Below, one piece after another: positions 39,601-48,921 of a stretch of 64,000 nt of DNA (positions are counted from its first letter, which is position 1; each line of letters starts with the position of its first letter). Origin of the DNA: Haliotis rubra. Lineage: Eukaryota. The position numbers and the translations under genes were made by a program. The stretch spans positions 62,001 through 126,000 of the forward strand of contig NW_025765111.1 of NCBI RefSeq assembly GCF_003918875.1, read 5' to 3'. The notes beneath the pieces are model-generated. The model saw only the letters and a list, made by a program, of their open reading frames with translations. It did no database searches and was not told where the DNA came from.

Positions 39601-41504
39601 AATACAGTGAAGTTTATTTAATCGGTGGACTGACCGAAAGACAGTGTTTGTAATGTGAACAGGGAATTGTTTTACATGTATCTATGAAATGTATCGTCTA
39701 AAATGGCTTTTGTCGAAAGTACTTTACCGAAATCGGAAACATAACTTAGTAATAGATGCAGTCAGCTGTTGAAAGCTGATTAAATACCGAACTGATAAGC
39801 TAGTTCGGAAAGCAGAAAATGTTTTTGTATTTACCGAATTATCCATGTTTGATTATCTTGATTATCATGACTATTTGAAGAGACATGTATACTACTATCG
39901 TACTCTCCTCGACAGATGGTAATTATGCATGCTTAGACAGTTAGTATAGTGCCAGTTGTACTGTTACATAATATAAACACACCTTGAAATCATCGGGGAA
40001 GGCTTCATCATCGGGAACCTGTGCCACCTGTAATGGACGTCGTCGTCATCATCGTCATTATTATTATGTTTTACAGATTAAAGATAATATGCAGCAGAGC
40101 GGGGTCGGGTGATCCTGGCACAGTCAGGCTGGTATTTTAAAGGCTCATCATCAGGGCCCTTGCCCCCTTTACACGCAGCCCAGACAGCGATGAACTTCTC
40201 CCAGGAAACGCTGCCTAATGGAACCCACCAAGAACTTTCCGGAGAATATGTAGACTCCCCAACACTGCAGCCTTCTCCATTACTCAGAGTGTCAGAAGGG
40301 CTGTGTACCCGTTGGAGAACCCGGACACTCCTGATCTGCGCCAAGAGATCAGGAGGTACCAAACCAAGGGCACCGAGAACAATGGGGAGCCTGACGACAG
40401 TGTACTTGGGATGCAAGCAAGACATTTCAAAATCGAGGTCCGCATATTTAGTATGCCTTTCCTGAATCATTATTATCATAATCATCATTATTGCAAATCT
40501 CACAGTACTCACGTCAATTGTTAGTATCTTCATGATAACGATTACTTCATAATAGCTTTCACATTTGTCATTTCGTCACCGTTGTATTCATCATAGTTAT
40601 ATTGATGATGATGACGATCATCTTCATCTTATAAATCTAAACATGCATGCATGTTATGTTTATCACGTATTCACGTTTGTTTCAAATATAGGGTGTTATT
40701 CTAATTGCCATCCATTCCATAATCAACATCATAATGTAACAGTGCCCTTAAGTGACTCAGTACCATTGCATATCAGTGTTTAGCTAACAGTGAGTGAGTG
40801 AGTGAGGTTAGTTTTACGCCGCACTCAACAATATTCCAGCTATATGGCGGCGGTCTGTAAATAATGGAGTCTGGACCAGACAATCCAATGACATGTGTCA
40901 AGCAAGTCAGCGAGCCTGACCACCCGATCCTGTTAGTCGCCGCTTACCACACACATGGCTTGCTGAATTCTAACCCGAGTTACCAATGGAACACAAACCA
41001 GCCTCTCCTGTAGTTTACCTGAATGGGCAGTGTGGTGTCGGCAGTGGACAATTTGTAGGCTCTTCTGGTCTCCTCCAGTTCCACCTCCCGTTGTTCAGTA
41101 TTGACGTCATCTTGCGGAAGTGACGTATCATACTGGTGTATGACGTATCTATAACTCGGTCGAATCCATCTGAACACAGGAAACGTGTATTCGACATTGT
41201 AATCCGGGTCCTCAATAATAACCGTCTCAAGAAACCAAGTACTTGTCAGTCCTGTGTAGTCTCGCCAAATCTCGATCCGGTCAACGGGAGAGGTCAAGGC
41301 CGCGAATTTACTCTTCGAAAGTTCGAACACATCCTTTTTTCCGCGATCAAAATTCGATTCGAAGAGCTGATTCAATTTGACCTCATCCGAAGAATTTCCT
41401 TCTTCATCCTTTGCTACAAACCACACACAAGCATTTGTACCTGCACATTTCCTGTCCCCGGTCTTCGCAGTGACAATGATATGACTACCTTGGTTGTTCC
41501 CCAT
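14888..41504 (-). CDS. Lipoxygenase-like protein (PLAT + LOX domain, ~660 aa, 15 coding exons) lacking iron ligands; two homopolymer frameshifts in this assembly
   Basis: Exons 41504-41019, 40027-39983, 39597-39479, 37354-37257, 35597-35462, 31860-31765, 30827-30731, 29701-29584, 25749-25658, 21172-21112, 19331-19226, 18618-18527, 17873-17700, 16272-16106, 14984-14888, all GT-AG. LOX hallmarks: [56 protein letters not shown]. Confidence 0.9.
16106..16272 (-). CDS. LOX-like exon 14 ([15 protein letters not shown]...LAQVLS...[20 protein letters not shown])
   Basis: Open frame, phase 0-2, LS...LG...Y..DP pattern. Confidence 0.85.
17700..17873 (-). CDS. LOX-like exon 13 (GLPGDG...[38 protein letters not shown])
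   Basis: Homologous to FTxSAQHAAVNxxQ, with His to Gln and Asn to Gly. Confidence 0.93.
18527..18618 (-). CDS. LOX-like exon 12 ([31 protein letters not shown])
   Basis: DxELQxW motif. Confidence 0.92.
19226..19331 (-). CDS. LOX-like exon 11 ([35 protein letters not shown])
   Basis: LPNYxYRDDG motif. Confidence 0.93.
20081..20605. repeat. CA-rich minisatellite, ~46-bp unit, in a LOX intron
   Basis: cagtccacacactcagcctatgactcacaaagacacctccacacac, about 11 degenerate copies. Confidence 0.9.
21112..21172 (-). CDS. LOX-like exon 10 ([20 protein letters not shown])
   Basis: LPxDxxxRG motif. Confidence 0.88.
21392..21580 (-). mobile_element. SINE-like family B, partial
   Basis: Reverse similarity to family B. 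Confidence 0.8.
21625..21667. repeat. (ATC)n microsatellite
   Basis: About 14 perfect units. Confidence 0.95.
22921..23077 (-). mobile_element. SINE family A
   Basis: Target duplication tggaggtattgaaggg. Confidence 0.9.
23140..23375 (-). mobile_element. SINE-like family B
   Basis: Full reverse copy. Confidence 0.88.
25658..25749 (-). CDS. LOX-like exon 9 ([31 protein letters not shown]) with a -1 frameshift in a G5 run
   Basis: 92 nt where the flanking phases (2-2) need 93; C5 run at 25680-25684. Confidence 0.8.
26152..26393 (-). mobile_element. SINE-like family B
   Basis: Full reverse copy. Confidence 0.88.
27320..27600 (+). mobile_element. SINE family A, scrambled copy
   Basis: Head and tail are recognisable but interrupted by many short insertions and local duplications. 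Confidence 0.65.
27690..29602. repeat. 59-bp minisatellite (~32 copies) overlapping the 3' end and donor site of LOX exon 8
   Basis: Unit gtttgcatcacctgtatgcagccatgatgctcacgattatatataaaatgttgtatgag. Confidence 0.95.
29584..29701 (-). CDS. LOX-like exon 8 ([39 protein letters not shown])
   Basis: HRxLSxSHPxFKxLxP motif; second ligand His replaced by Cys. Confidence 0.92.
30731..30827 (-). CDS. LOX-like exon 7 ([32 protein letters not shown])
   Basis: WLLAK motif; first ligand His replaced by Tyr. Confidence 0.93.
31574..31686. mobile_element. MITE with TA ends
   Basis: 33-bp inverted repeat tatatactcatgccaataa(t/c)ggttgtcaccccc. Confidence 0.8.
31765..31860 (-). CDS. LOX-like exon 6 ([32 protein letters not shown])
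   Basis: APIALF...PIAIQL motif. Confidence 0.93.
33451..33645 (+). mobile_element. SINE-like family B, 3' end missing
   Basis: Matches family B up to ccgccgccatata; the MITE at 33654 follows directly. Confidence 0.85.
33654..34108. mobile_element. Non-autonomous DNA transposon/MITE
   Basis: Imperfect ~40-bp TIR: ccagttatattgggccacttgacgtaatttccatagac versus gtctgtggaaattacgccaagtgcccgaatataactgg. Confidence 0.7.
35462..35597 (-). CDS. LOX-like exon 5 ([45 protein letters not shown])
   Basis: LOX homology, phase 2-0. Confidence 0.9.
36572..36722 (+). mobile_element. SINE family A, diverged
   Basis: Similarity to family A including the tail. Confidence 0.75.
37257..37354 (-). CDS. LOX-like exon 4 ([32 protein letters not shown])
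   Basis: Conserved WxxDxxFGxQxLNGxNP motif. Confidence 0.92.
37546..37783 (-). mobile_element. SINE-like family B
   Basis: Full reverse copy. Confidence 0.9.
38690..39253. mobile_element. Old hAT-like non-autonomous element with a nested 5'-truncated family A SINE (38924-39028)
   Basis: Ends TAGGGCTG...CAGTCCTA; 6/8 match of flanking 8-mers; subterminal gtattgc/ataccg repeats. Confidence 0.55.
39479..39597 (-). CDS. LOX-like exon 3 ([37 protein letters not shown]) with a frameshift in a G8 run
   Basis: 119 nt between phase-0 junctions; the WxxLxDxxxIY motif is split across frames at the C8 run 39512-39519. Confidence 0.75.
39983..40027 (-). CDS. LOX-like exon 2 ([15 protein letters not shown])
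   Basis: 45 nt, phase 0-0; resembles the LOX lPxdExF motif. Confidence 0.8.
40040..40466 (-). mobile_element. 5'-truncated R4/Dong-like non-LTR retrotransposon (restriction-like endonuclease C-terminus + 3' UTR)
   Basis: [14 protein letters not shown]...[15 protein letters not shown] and, after a frameshift, [17 protein letters not shown]; (TAA)n tail; both ends lie in ATT/ATC microsatellite. Confidence 0.8.
40790..40978 (-). mobile_element. SINE-like family B, internally deleted
   Basis: Reverse similarity to family B. Confidence 0.82.
41019..41504 (-). CDS. LOX-like exon 1: PLAT domain and start of the catalytic domain
   Basis: MGNNQGS...[12 protein letters not shown]...FDRGKKDVF...WFLETV...FPVFRWI...LPQDD; donor CAG|gtaaac. 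Confidence 0.93.
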
Positions 41505-41960
41505 CTTCCTTGACGGCGCTCACACCGACGTCAACTCCAGCGCAGCTCGCAAAGTCTCCTGGTGCTGTGATGGAGCGTGGTGGGAGACTACTGCCATCTG
41601 TCGACCGGTGGTATTGTGCTTCTATTCACCTGCTGTTAGAAGCTACCTAAGCGTGGTGAATATATGGATTTTATTTCTTAAAATGTCACACAGGCAGCAA
41701 TGACTATGTATCAAGAGGTAGGTATATGTGAAATAAATTGAATAATACGCTGTCAATAAATTTGCAAGGTTGAATATAAGCATAAATACAAACGCGTAGG
41801 GGTTGAAGCTGATATTTGCATCAGGCGATCTCATCAGGCGATAGCTCCGTTTGACGGACTGTATAACTGTTAATCAATACTAGAATGTTGATGAATACAT
41901 TTCCATATGTATGTACGTGTCCTCAAAGTGGGATGTTAATAGGTTTCTGAATCTATTGCT

Positions 41961-42179
41961 TGGTTCGTTGTTTAATGCTGCACTCAGCAATATTTCAGCT
42001 ATATGGCGGCGGTCTGTAAATAATCGAGTCTGGGCCACACAATCCAGTGATCAACAGCATGAGCATCGATCTACGCAATTGGCATACAATGACAACCACG
42101 TCTGATCACACGTTCCCGTTAGTCGCCTCTTACAAGCATGGGTTGCTGAGATCAATTCTAATCCGGATTTTCGCGGGTC
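41961..42179 (-). mobile_element. SINE-like family B
   Basis: Reverse similarity to family B. Confidence 0.82.
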
Positions 42180-42387
42180 CTGAATATATCAATTCTGTGT
42201 TAACATTACACATTTACATTGCTTAACTGTGTTGTCAACAAGTGAGTTAGTGAGTGGCGATATCCATTAGGCACGACAATGTTTTTATGTGTTTCAGTTT
42301 GCGTACATCTATGAGCCTCGTGGAGGTTCTTACATATTGTTTGTTTGTAAAGCACGTTGACTGAATGTTCTATAAAAAACACTTAAG

Positions 42388-43083
42388 TTTTGTTATTCAG
42401 GTATGTCACGTCAAGATGCACACATTTGTTATTCACGTATGTCACGTCAAGATGCACACATTTGTTATTCACGTATGTCACGTCAAGATGCACACATTTG
42501 TTATTCATGTATGTCACGTCAAGATGCACACATTTGTTATTTACGTCAAGATGCACACATTTGTTATTCACGTATGTCACGTCAAGATACACACATTTGT
42601 TATTCACGTATGTCACGTCAAGATACACACATTTGTTATTCACGTATGTCACGTCAAGATACACACATTTGTTATTCACGTATGTCACGTCAAGGAGCAC
42701 ACATTTGTTATTCACGTATGTCACGTCAAGATACACACATTGTTATTCACGTATGTCACGTCAAGATACACACATTGTTATTCACGTATGTCACGTCAAG
42801 ATACACAAGATACACATTTGTTATTTGTTATTCACGTATGTCACGTCAAGATACACACATTTGTTATTCACGTATACCACGTCAAGATACACACATTTGT
42901 TATTCACGTATGTCACGTCAAGGAGCACACATTTGTTATTCACGTATGTCACGTCAAGATGCACACATTTGTTATTCACGTATGTCACGTCCAGACACAC
43001 ACATTGTTATTCACGTATGTCACGTCAAGATACACACATTTGTTATTCACGTATGTCACGTCAAGATACACACATTGTTATTC
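42388..43083. repeat. 36-bp minisatellite (~19 copies)
   Basis: Unit tttgttattcacgtatgtcacgtcaagatacacaca. Confidence 0.95.
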
Positions 43084-43459
43084 CTGTCACTTCGTATTTT
43101 GGTTTTGTGTGTTTGAACGCCCCACTCAGCATGTGCATTGTCAAGTATGGAGCAGACACTCCTGTGATTGATATTGTAAACAACGGTCCAACCTTCTTAA
43201 AGTGGCATTTAGAAGATGGTATGATGGAGAGGACCACTTTTGATGGATAGACATCTGTATTGCAATAGATGTGACGTTTCGGTGTTGCAATACGATGGCA
43301 CGCTCTCAACAAAGACGACTTTAGTCGCCCCTTACGATAAAGATAGGGGACCATGAATCTCTGTACAGCGCAGTAACAGTATCACATCTGTATTCTTACA
43401 GGCGATGATACGACAGGCATTTTCCCACTTCAGTAAGTCGGCAATTGCTCAGTGACGTT

Positions 43460-43668
43460 TGAGTTAGTGAGTCTGTGAGTGAGTGAGTGGGTCTGTGAGT
43501 GAGTGAGTGAGTGGGTCTGTGAGTGAGTGAGTGTAATTTTTCGCCACTTGTAGAAATATTCCAGCAATATCACGGCGGTGGACACCAGAAATGTGCCCAT
43601 GTGGGGAATCGAACCCGGGTCTTCTGCGTGACGAGCGAACGCTTTAACCACTAGGCTACCCCACCGCC
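43460..43668 (-). mobile_element. SINE family A with an expanded (GAGT)n tail
   Basis: Reverse copy. Confidence 0.85.
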
Positions 43669-44399
43669 ACAGTGATCTCTTTCAGTCATTGTCACATGAT
43701 TCTCACAAATTGCTCATGCATATCTTTCCATGACATTTTCTCTTATCAAATTGCTTGATAAAACTACAAACGTTCAAAGATTTGCGTTTGTTTATGACAC
43801 CAGTTAACGAGCATGTAAGAAACATTGCAGTACACGACTGAACAAAATCAGCATTCTCATCATCTCGTGTGTTTTCTCTTTTGAAGAGTGTATTTCACCG
43901 AAAATACACGACAACACAGCTTATATACATATAGGCTGACATCCATGTATATATGTAAAAAGATTTGCATTTTCTGATTTGTTTTGTTTTGTCATACAAT
44001 GAACATAAAGTTACAGCTACTATGGGAGTGGAAAAAGCATGATAAAAAGCATTAGCGGAATAAAGAAACTGTTTGCGATAATTAGCAATTCATGGAACTA
44101 TTAGCTATCCCTCCATTACTAGAATGTCTATAAAGGATGAATGTATTGCACTATTTCTGTATTTGTTACCGATCAATCGCTTGTCATCCGAAATATCTTT
44201 TTCAACTGCTATATTTACAGATGTGGAGGAAGTCATTCTCTCTCAAACACCTCCTCCCGCTCCAACACCGCCGACTACACCAAAACGACCCCAACTACAT
44301 AGCAACTGCACCCAAACTACACCGCATCTACAGCCCTTACCACTTCATCATCGATATCTTATTCTTGACAGCCTCCCGCCTGTCGATGAGCCGTCTTCA

Positions 44400-47200
44400 T
44401 CAACCACAACACCACCTCCCACTACACCATCACAACACAACCTCCCACGACACCATCACAACACCAACATTACCACTACACCATCTACCACAACACCACC
44501 TCCCACGACACCATCACAACACCAACATTACCACTACGCCATCTACCACCACACCACTTCCCACGACACCATCACAACACCAACATCTACCAATACACCA
44601 TCTATCACAACACCACTTCCCACGACACCATCACAACACCAACATGTACCAATACACCATCTACCACAACACCACCTCCCACGACACCATCACAACACCA
44701 ACATCTACCAATACACCATCTATCACAACACCCCCACGACACCATCACAACACCAACATGTACCAATACACCATCTACCACAACACCACCTCCCACGACA
44801 CCATCACAACACCAACATGTACCAATACACCATCTATCACAACACCACCTCCAATGACACCATCACAACACCAACATCTACACCAATACACCATCTATCA
44901 CAACACCACCCCCACGACACCATCACAACACCAACATGTACCAATACACCATCTATCCACAACACCACCTCCCACGACACCATCACAACACCAACATGTA
45001 CCAATACACCATCTACCACAACACCACCTCCCACGACACCATCACAACACCAACATCTACCAATACACCATCTATCACAACACCACCACCCACGACACCA
45101 TCACAACACCAACATGTACCAATACACCATCTACCACAACACCACCTCCCACGACACCATCACAACACCAACATGTACCAATACACCATCTATCACAACA
45201 CCAACATGTACCAATACACCATCTACCACAACACCACCTCCCACGACACCATCACAACACCAACATCTACACCAATACACCATCTATCACAACACCACCC
45301 CCCACGACACCATCACAACACCAACATGTACCAATACACCATCTATCACAATTCCACCTCCCACGACACCAACATCTACTAATACACCATCTATCACAAC
45401 ACCACCCCCCACGACACCATCACAACACCAACATGTACCAATACACCATCTATCACAACACCAACATGTAACAATACACCATCTACCACAACACCACCTC
45501 CCACGACACCATCACAACACCAACATCTACACCAATACACCAAATACCACAACACCACCCCCCGACACCATCACAACACCAACATCTACCAATACACCAT
45601 CTATGACAACACAACCTCCCACGACACCATCACAACACCAACATGTACCAATACACCAAATACCACAACGCAACCTCCCACGACACCATCACAACAACAA
45701 CATCTACCAATACACCATCTATCACAACACCACCTCCCACGACACCAACATGTACCAATACACTAAATACCACAACGCAACCACCCACGACACCATTACA
45801 ACACCAACATTACCACTACACCATCCACCACAACACCACCTCCCATGACACCATCACAACACCAACATCTACCAATACACCATCTACCACAACACAACCT
45901 CCCACGACACCAACATCTACCAATACACCATCTATCACAACACCACCCCCCACGACATCCAACATCTACTAATACACCATCTATCACAACACCACCTCCC
46001 ACGACACCATCACAACACCAACATGTACCAATACACCATCTATCACAACACCACCTCCCACGACACCATCACAACACCAACATCTACCAATACACCATCT
46101 ATCACAACACCACCTCCCACGACACCAACATCTACTAATACACCATCTATCACAACACCACCACCCACGACACCAACACAACACCAACATGTACCAATAC
46201 ACCATCTACCACAACACCACCTCCCATGACACCATCACAACACCAACATGTACCAATACACCATCTACCACAACACAACCTCCCACGACACCATCACAAC
46301 ACCAACATGTACCAATACACCATCTATCACAACACCACCTCCCACGACACCAACATCTACTAATACACCATCTATCACAACACCACCCCCCACGACACCA
46401 ACACAACACCAACATGTACCAATACACCATCTACCACAACACCACCTCCCACGACACCATCACAACACCAACATGTACTAATACACCATCTATCACAACA
46501 CAACCTCCCACGACACCAACATCTACTAATACACCATCTATCACAACACCACCACCCACGACACCATCACAACACCAACATGTACCAATACACCATGTAT
46601 CACAACACCACCTCCCACGACACCATCACAACACCAACATCTACCAATACACCATCTACCACACCTCCACGACACCATCACCACGACACCATCATCACAA
46701 CACCGAACATGTACCAATACACCATCTACCACAACACCACCTCCCACGACACCATCACAACACCAACATCTACCAATACACCATCTACCACAACACCACC
46801 TCCCACGACACCATCACAACACCAACATGTACCAATACACCATCAACCACAACACCACCTCCCACGACACCATCACAACACCAACATGTACCAATACACC
46901 ATCAACCACAACACCACCTCCCACGACACCATCACAACACCAACATGTACCAATACACCATCAATCACAACACCACCTCCCACGACACCATCACAACACC
47001 AGCATCTACCAATACACCATCTATCACAACACCACCTCCCATGACACCATCACAACACCAGCATGTACCAATACACCATCTACCACAACACCACCTCCCA
47101 CGACACCATCACAACACCAACATGTACAAATACACCATCTACCACCAACACCACCTCTACCATAACAGCTACTCCACCACCGTTCTCTACACCACCACCC
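44400..47200. repeat. C/A-rich 59-bp minisatellite (~2.8 kb)
   Basis: Unit caccatcacaacaccaacatgtaccaatacaccatctaccacaacaccacctcccacga, with deletion variants. Confidence 0.95.
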
Positions 47201-47519
47201 ACGACAGCACCCAACAATACTCATCCTCCCTGTACACAACACAGCCTCCAACTATACCATCATATTTTCAGAATTAATGTTATGAAATACACTTTGTATT
47301 TTTGTGTTTTTTTGTGATCAGTTCATGAAATAAAATATGAAGCCGTTTCTTTGATTTATGTAATATTTACGTGTGTAACATTACAAATATAAACATTAAA
47401 TTCAAATGTCCCCCCGTTAGGACTAAGTAACGTCCTGATTATAGATATGTTCTCAGAACTTCTCAGAACAACAAGACTTCATTCATGTATTCAGTTTGTC
47501 CAACAGAACGGTCCGCCGA

Positions 47520-48222
47520 AATCGTGAATAGAGCAAGACGACCTATCACATCCCGTTGTTATCCCCAGTGCACAAAGCAGCACGACTGGTTTGGTGTCAG
47601 GCTGAACGTCACTGGAATTTGACATCATGGGGAAGGGTCCACCAGTCGAACGAAAGTTGATTTCATTTTGGTCATGACTGATGGCCGAGCTTGTATTTTA
47701 CGCCGCAGAAACACTGCATATGCGCTACAGAATATCTTGGAGCAAGTACCGTTTGGTGGGTGTTCATTGTTGGTGTGGTGGTACCTCTCACATGACTGTT
47801 AACTTGACCATGTGACGATCAGAAAACATTTGAGTGGACAGCGGTACATCACTAACATCATAGACAGCGTCGTTGTATCACAATTTGATGATCATCCTCT
47901 GAATGGTCAAGGCCGGTCTTCATAGACTACAATGCTGTGCCACATCTTACACGTGTCGTTGGTGATGTCGTACGTCAAGAGGCGGTAACAACGCTACCCT
48001 CGTCCTCCAGGAGTCCCAATCTTAATCTCATAGAACTTCTTTGGGACATTAAGGGCCACAGATTACGACAGAAAGATCTTCCAGAACAAAATCTTGCTGA
48101 GTTGGAACAAACCCTCCATCAAGAATGGAACGCAATACCTCAACGTCAAATTCAACGTCTGGCACAATGAGAAGGAGGGTCAGAGATGTCATTGCATTTG
48201 GCAGAGGTTATACCAGATAATG
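47520..48222 (+). mobile_element. Decayed Tc1/mariner transposase
   Basis: Fragments FGGCSLLVW, DYNAVPH, SRSPNLNLIELLWD, LHQEWNAIPQRQIQRL, RRRVRDVIAFGRGYT, with stops and frameshifts. Confidence 0.85.
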
Positions 48223-48487
48223 ACATATATTATCGGCCAGTGTAGAGCAAGACGACCATCAGACGTCCGTTGTTATCTCCTGAGCAGAAATCAGCACTTG
48301 CTTGGTGTCGAGCACACACACACGCGTACGCACACATACACACGCACGCACGCACGCGCAAGCTTACCTTGATATCAACCAAACACTGAATGTGTTACTT
48401 CAGTATTGTCGAGCATTGCAAAATTTGACTTTTGAGGCGAACGTAAAATCTAGTATAGCACGGGGGCTTCACGTTGCCAGTTGTGTT

Positions 48488-48660
48488 GTGAGTATGGTTT
48501 TACGCCTCTTTTAGCAATGTACCGGCTATATCGCTGCATGGGACACTAGAAATGGGCTTCACACATTATAACCATGCGGAGAATTGAACCTGTGTCCAAC
48601 GCATGTCGGACGAACGCTTTAACCACAAAGCCACAAACCACAAAGCTGCCTCACCGCCCC
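48488..48660 (-). mobile_element. SINE family A, diverged
   Basis: Reverse copy, head to head with the next element. Confidence 0.8.
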
Positions 48661-48662
48661 TC

Positions 48663-48921
48663 AAGATCCGGGCTAAAATAGGTCTTCAGCAACCCATGCT
48701 TGCCACAAAAGGCGACTATGCTTGTCGTAAGAGGCGACTAACGGGATCGTTGGTCAGGCTCGCTGGCTTGGTTGACACTTGTCATCGGTTCCCAATTGCG
48801 CAGATCGATGTCATGCTGTTGATCACTGGATTGTGTGGTCCAGACTCGATTATTTACAGACCGCCGCCATATAGCTGGAATATTGCTGAGTTCGGCGTAA
48901 AACTAAACTCACTCACTCACT
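48663..48921 (+). mobile_element. SINE-like family B
   Basis: Full copy with an internal duplication of atgcttg...ggcgacta. Confidence 0.88.

Noticed and set aside
42365-43250. Overlapping 237-286 aa repetitive ORFs
   Set aside because: All three frames are open because of the 36-bp minisatellite; no frame preference.
41505-44100. Allene oxide synthase (catalase-like) domain upstream of the LOX, as in coral AOS-LOX fusions
   Set aside because: An in-frame TGA lies just before the PLAT-domain ATG, and no catalase-like exons are visible.
44124-47317. Long ORFs (574, 444, 362 aa) resembling mucins or His-rich proteins
   Set aside because: They arise from a 59-bp C/A-rich repeat (not a multiple of 3) that is nearly stop-free in all + frames; the peptides simply cycle through the frames.
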